Shown here one piece after another: positions 58,685-64,000 of a stretch of 64,000 nucleotides of DNA; position 1 is the stretch's first letter, and every line of letters begins with the position of its first letter. The position numbers were made by a program, and so were the translations under genes. The notes under the pieces were generated by a model. It did no database searches. It saw only the letters and a list, made by a program, of their open reading frames with translations, and was not told the origin of the DNA. Source of the stretch: Ylistrum balloti (Eukaryota); NCBI RefSeq assembly GCF_031769215.1, contig NW_026782404.1, positions 1-64,000 on the forward strand, in the 5' to 3' direction.

Positions 58685-61600
58685 TCATACACGGTTAAGT
58701 TTTGTGACAACCAAAACCCTTAATGTCTGATCAAATGAGGTACACACACATAGCCCCTCCTTGTCAGGACTCCAGTCTAGGGAGCTGATTGGCTGTGTTG
58801 TCATAGTGATGTTCTGTAGAAGGTTCAGAGTTCCAGGTACTCCCATCTCTCGACCTTCGCTGTCTTTTTCTACTCGTTGATGAGGGTAGGAACTAGGAAA
58901 GATAGAGCATTACAGAATATAAACAATTTGTCAATGAAGTGCAAACTAAAGTGGGTCGTTGAAGTCAGAAGAATTTGGTAGAAACTTTTAACTGGTGATG
59001 TCAGTGTCACCATACAATAAACATATAATGAATATTGTATCGGCTTCAGTTTGATATTCAAGCTAAAAGATATGTTTTTAGTAATAAGACATGGGTAAGT
59101 ATTTAACTGCAGCCATAGTTTCCAAATGTACAGTAGCAAATTGTCTTTAATAAATTTCATTGATTGTTCCAGACTGTGTTAACATGTTCTAAATTGACTT
59201 ACTATTTCCACAAGTAGAGTGATCCGTTTCCTCCCATAGACATAAATATGTCTCGGTTCTGTGGTAGATGTCTGATTCCCCATACGGTTGATTTGTGTGC
59301 CTGCAATGGATACAGAAATCTATACAGAAAAACAGAATACACTACACAAAATTTAACTGTTCACCATACTAATTCGTCTTCAACCAGTTTAATCAATACA
59401 GACAGTACACAGAAGTCTGTAACAATTCCACATACTTCTATACTAAACAATACAGACAGCACACAGAAGTCTGTAACAATTCCACATACTTCTATACTAA
59501 AATTGGTTTTTTAGTATACTATAAGAGTTTGAATTATTGTTTACATCAAAATCACAAAAACAATTATATATATATGATACTATGCTAAATGTAATTAGTC
59601 TTTGAAAATATACAGGTATTTTAGCTTAAATGGGATGGTAAAAAGTCATACTGAAGCAATACCATACAATATTGAGATGCAAATAGAAAAGATTGATACT
59701 ATGAGTAAGCTATATAATCTGCCTCAATGACCTGGCCATTAAAAGATTGATGATGTGAGTGGATAGGACTACCTCCCTGGTCAACCAGGCCATTGAAAGA
59801 TTGATGATGTGAGTGAAAAAGACTATCTCCCTGACAGACCTGGCTGTTAAAAGTATGATATTTTAAGTTTGACAGATGACTTTGCTGGTTGACTTTGCCA
59901 TTGAAAGATTGATACTGTAAAGCAGACCATCTCACTGAATGACTTCACCATTAAAAGACTGATACTGTACCTTTTCTGTTACACTAGCAAATCCTTTTGT
60001 TGGATGCTGTGTCCTCATATCAAACACATGGAATTTGGATTCTAATGTTGTTGCTGCTAACTTGTTCATACTGATATCCTTTCTGTCAAATTCAATGCCA
60101 CAGACCTTAAAGAGATAAGAAGGTACTTGAAATCTTGTCTAATTTCCACAATCCATAAACGTGACTTAGCAGTGTCTATCAAAATAAAATAATCACATAA
60201 ACACCTTGGACCATAAAATTGATTTTTCTTCATAAAAAAGACACCTACATAGTCTTACTTCAAGTATCTAAAAAAATGTCTGGGATAATCATAGAAGCAG
60301 ACCTATCATATTGACCTACATGATTGCAATACTTACACCATTCTTTACATTGTGTTCCCAGCGAAGCTGCATGTTTCTCAAATCAAATAGCTTGATATCT
60401 CCATTATCATATCCAGCACAAACACATCTATCTGCCTGGTTATAGGCATGACCTAGCAACACAACAACACCATCATCAGTCACATCTATTATATACTTGA
60501 AGTCTATTACATTTAATCAACAGATATACACATGTTCAACACAAAGGAACACTTCAGAAGATGTTGATAATAATGGAAGCATCAATTTATACAAAATGTT
60601 TACTATGGTAATCCTGATTACAGATTTATTTACCAAATGCCACAGTCCAGCAGTCCCGTTTATCTTGACCTTCTCCTGGCTCCATGGTAGCAACAGGTTC
60701 ATTCTTCTGACGAGGATCCCAAACTTTAACTGCTCCTGCACAACATAAAAATGAATGAGGATGTACATTAAATCATTATCATCACTGATGGTCAATATCG
60801 ATCACCTTTACCAAATGTTTTATTACAGTCTCACATTAACTTTTTCCATATCACATGGTTTACATGCTCCTTGTTTTGAGGTTCTTGTTTTGTATAAATG
60901 GTTATAAAGACTGATGCCATATAAGTAGATATCAACCCATATACATGTAAGTGTATGACAAATTATGTACCTTTCTCTGTATAAATTTTCATTCACTGAA
61001 CAAATTAAATTTTAACTTATTTCATGGCATAATCACTATATGCAGTGGGGTTGGTGAAAGAGAACATTTAAATACAAAAAGAAGAGGATTTGGTGATGAG
61101 AAAAAGTTGGAGCACAATGAGCAGAGGTGTTGGTGGAAAAGAAAGTTTGATAAAAATGAGCAGAGGAGTTACTTAAAGAGCATATTTACGCACAATAAGC
61201 AGAGGTGTTGGTGAAAGAGAAAATTTAATCACAATGAGCAGAGGAGTTGGTGAAAGAGAAAGTTTGATAAAAATGAACAGAGTTGGTGAAAGAAGAAGTT
61301 TTTTTAAGTACAATGAGAAGTAGAGTTGGTTAATGTAGAATTTTCAGCACAATAACCAGGCAAGTCTCAAAATGTCCTATGCAATTTCCAAGCTTGGAAA
61401 TATTACTCACAGGAATTTAGATGATAAAATTCTTTTAAAATTGTTATCTGACAATCTCAACCTGTGACATTTCCAGGTTGTAATCATCTCATCTAATTAT
61501 TATACAACTTGAAACTCCCTTCAAGTCACAATATTGAACTGTAATATGACTTACCATCTCTACTTCCAGTGACAATTTCTGGTGCCCCCTCACCAATTCC

Positions 61601-63648
61601 TAAACCACCAACACCATCAATAGCATTGATGATTTCCTTGTGTCCCTTCACTGAGTATATTGGTAGCTCTGGTTGTTCAAGGTTCCTGTATAACACATGG
61701 AAAGTAATTGGTATTAGAGATGCAATATTCACCTAAGACAAAAACATAATTCATGTAAAAGTTGACTTTTAAATCTTCTTTTGATTGAAGACATTTTTCA
61801 TAACTAGTCATATTCAAGGATTTCCTTTAACTTCATACCTAATTACCAAACTGCTTCAATCTGTTTTTACTTTGGGATAATTTATGAAATAGTAAGTTCA
61901 ACATTTGTTAAGAGATAAATTGCTAAAATACTGACCATTCATTCAGAATTCTGAAAATATATCCTTTATAAAAACTACTAGAGACCTTGACTACAAGATA
62001 TATAGCAAATGTAACCAGAGTGGGAAAAGATGTGTCTGTCCAATATCAAAGTGACACAGTTTCTTGTATCATCATGTCAGAAGAATCGATAAAGGGATAT
62101 TCAGCACATCATCAAATGATGTTTTTATGAGAATTTTACAAACAATCTATTTTTTGTTCCTATAGATATTCCACACCTTAATTAACCATAAAAAACATGC
62201 CAAATTTGATTTGTGGAAATTCCATATTGATCAAGCAGAGTGGATTTACAAGCAGTAGCTTGACCACAATCTAACCACAACAGGTTTGATTTTTATAAGC
62301 CAAATAGTGTGAAATATTTGTGTACATTCAAAAATTGACAAGAAATAAGACGAACAAAGCAATGAAATTCCAATCCCAGCAAAAGTTATAAAGGAACAGT
62401 GTATAGACCAGTTTACCCAATATGTCCCATTAAAGAGTTTTAAAAAGGGTTCCTTCAAAACAGTCAGAAATTTGCTAACTTCTTCAAGATACCCCTTTAA
62501 GTCTAAGTCAAAATGCTGTTTGAGAAGCACACCAACATATCTTGATAAGAAACTGTATCAATGGATGCTGATGTAACAAGTGGTAGTAGATGGTGAGAAG
62601 TAAAGACCAGCAGCTGTCATATTAGTGGTTCCCTAGGGTATAGTCATTGGACCTGTGCTATTCCTGAATTCCATCAGTGACCTCTGACCCAAAGTGTGAT
62701 CCACTGATAGACTGTTCTCTGATGACTGCCTTCCCTGGCTTGGTCATCCAGATAATGGAGGATGCCAATCCTGCAAGATTACCTAAACCACCTCCAAAAT
62801 TTGGAAAGACACCTGCTGATAAGTTATTACCTAGGGAAGTGAAAAGTGATACAGCTACCAACATCTAAGCACAAGATGGTGCAGAGTAGTTACAGGATGA
62901 ATCCTTGTAAGGAATTGCCACCACAAAGGTAATGGAAATATCCTGGATTCAGACTGAGACTTGACTAAAAAACTGACAGGGGCTCCCCCCATATAGAGCA
63001 TACTGAAAGAGAACCCACACTGCAGCCTTTCTCTGAAGAAACAACTCTTCATGCCCATTGATCATCAAGAAAGGTTTTACAAGACACTGATGAGTTTGCA
63101 GTTTAAAATATGCATCCATAGATCGTTTGGGATTTTTTCCAAAAAACTTGCATCATTTCCATTGAGACAGTGCAGAGGAGTGGGGGCACAGTTCACTAAA
63201 GAGTACAGGGAAATTAAAAGCAACCAGAAGTGAAATCAATAACTGCTTAAAAAGTATTTGATATGTCAAGGTAAAATTAAAGCCTACCAAGATTCAAGGC
63301 TGAAACAGGAACATTTATGACAAAGTTGTTTAAGACAGGAAAATTCTGTCAACATATTGTTGCTGAATGTGTTTTTTTCCTCGCATGCTGGTCTCAAGAA
63401 TTTAAAATGACACCTTTAGGGTTGATGGTCATCTTGAAAGCCAGCTTTATTTCTGGCATGTCTGATGTTGGTGTTCATGCACATGTTGGTAATATGTGGG
63501 CCTAATGGCAATTTGATAGAAAATAGATTAAAAACATTCTTTTTTACCATATGTGCATTTTGCCTTCCATATCTCCTGTGGCCAAATATCTCTCCTGTAG
63601 TTTGGAGGCTCCAAATGTGCCACATTTAAATCCCTTGGACTTTTCCAC
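58685..63648 (-). CDS. WDR92: WD repeat-containing protein 92 / dynein axonemal assembly factor 10, 5'-partial (7 exons in window)
   Basis: Exons 63548-63648 ([15 protein letters not shown]..), 61555-61685 (..[34 protein letters not shown]), 60634-60735 ([18 protein letters not shown]), 60337-60452 ([17 protein letters not shown]), 59971-60105 ([12 protein letters not shown]), 59203-59300 (AHKSTVW..RHLPQNR) and 58685-58892 (..LDWSPDK..VTKLNRV*) are all GT-AG and in phase. A minus-strand AATAAA lies at 58379-58384. Confidence 0.97.
59394..59500. repeat. 54-bp tandem duplication
   Basis: CAATACAGACAG.ACACAGAAGTCTGTAACAATTCCACATACTTCTATACTAAA occurs at 59394 and 59448. Confidence 0.9.
59700..59970. 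repeat. Degenerate 54-bp minisatellite, about 5 copies, abutting a WDR92 splice donor
   Basis: The CCATT(A/G)AAAGA(T/C)TGAT core recurs with unit starts at about 59731, 59785, 59839, 59893 and 59943. Confidence 0.8.
61045..61345. repeat. Minisatellite, 39-bp unit, about 7-8 copies
   Basis: AATGAGCAGAGG.GTTGGTGAAAGAG-type units start at 61116, 61155, 61194, 61233, 61272 and 61312. Lies in a WDR92 intron. Confidence 0.88.
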
Positions 63649-64000
63649 CTGAAGACATACATGATGTATTAAGTTTACTCAAAATGATACCCAAAATGTT
63701 ACATGTCATAAACTGATGACTAACAAACTAGTCAAACGTCTTGCATAGTTTATAAAGTACACATATTAAAAGACATATTAACCAAAAAATGAAAAATAAA
63801 TCTATGATAGTACAAAACTTTAAGATACCATGTGTAATTTGTAATTTACTAGATATAAGTCTTTATATCACAACAAGCGAGAAAATTATGAGTGTAACTT
63901 TAATGCCTACACTGTCAACGTCATCACACAAATGACCAGTATGGAGAGCATTTGCACTGAGGTATCACTTTACAAGATGATAATAAATGCATCTAATAAA

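Noticed and set aside
63713-63752. Second hammerhead candidate (CTGATGA followed by hairpin GACTA/TAGTC); also CTGATGAG at 40903
   Set aside because: Neither has GAAA after stem II (TCAAAC and TCATAG instead), and there is no properly placed NUH triplet. They are simple hairpins.

Overview
This is AT-rich, intron-rich eukaryotic DNA, most likely from a bivalve mollusc. That assignment is inferred from the quadruple-CRD galectins and the HINE-type and Penelope-like repeats. I reconstructed six protein-coding genes by hand from GT-AG splice sites and reading-frame continuity. On the + strand: (1) a 5-exon two-pore-domain K+ channel (347 aa, 854-20891); (2,3) two tandem 12-coding-exon quadruple-CRD galectins (555 aa, 24033-33405; 550 aa, 35233-44969); (4) a single-exon GT31 beta-1,3-galactosyltransferase-like gene (438 aa, 46702-48018). 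On the - strand: (5) a complete 5-exon cornichon/CNIH1 gene (144 aa, 52165-55275) that the ORF track misses entirely; (6) the 3' seven exons of WDR92/DNAAF10 (58685-63648; the 5' exon lies outside the window). Introns carry many minisatellites, decayed Penelope-like RT fragments and non-autonomous Helentron-type (HINE) elements. There is no CRISPR array, rRNA or tRNA. The most interesting signals are a galactoside 'writer + two readers' cluster, a hammerhead ribozyme core between galectin B and the transferase, a HINE inserted into a cornichon splice donor, and a possible alkaline-pH-sensor Arg in the K2P channel.
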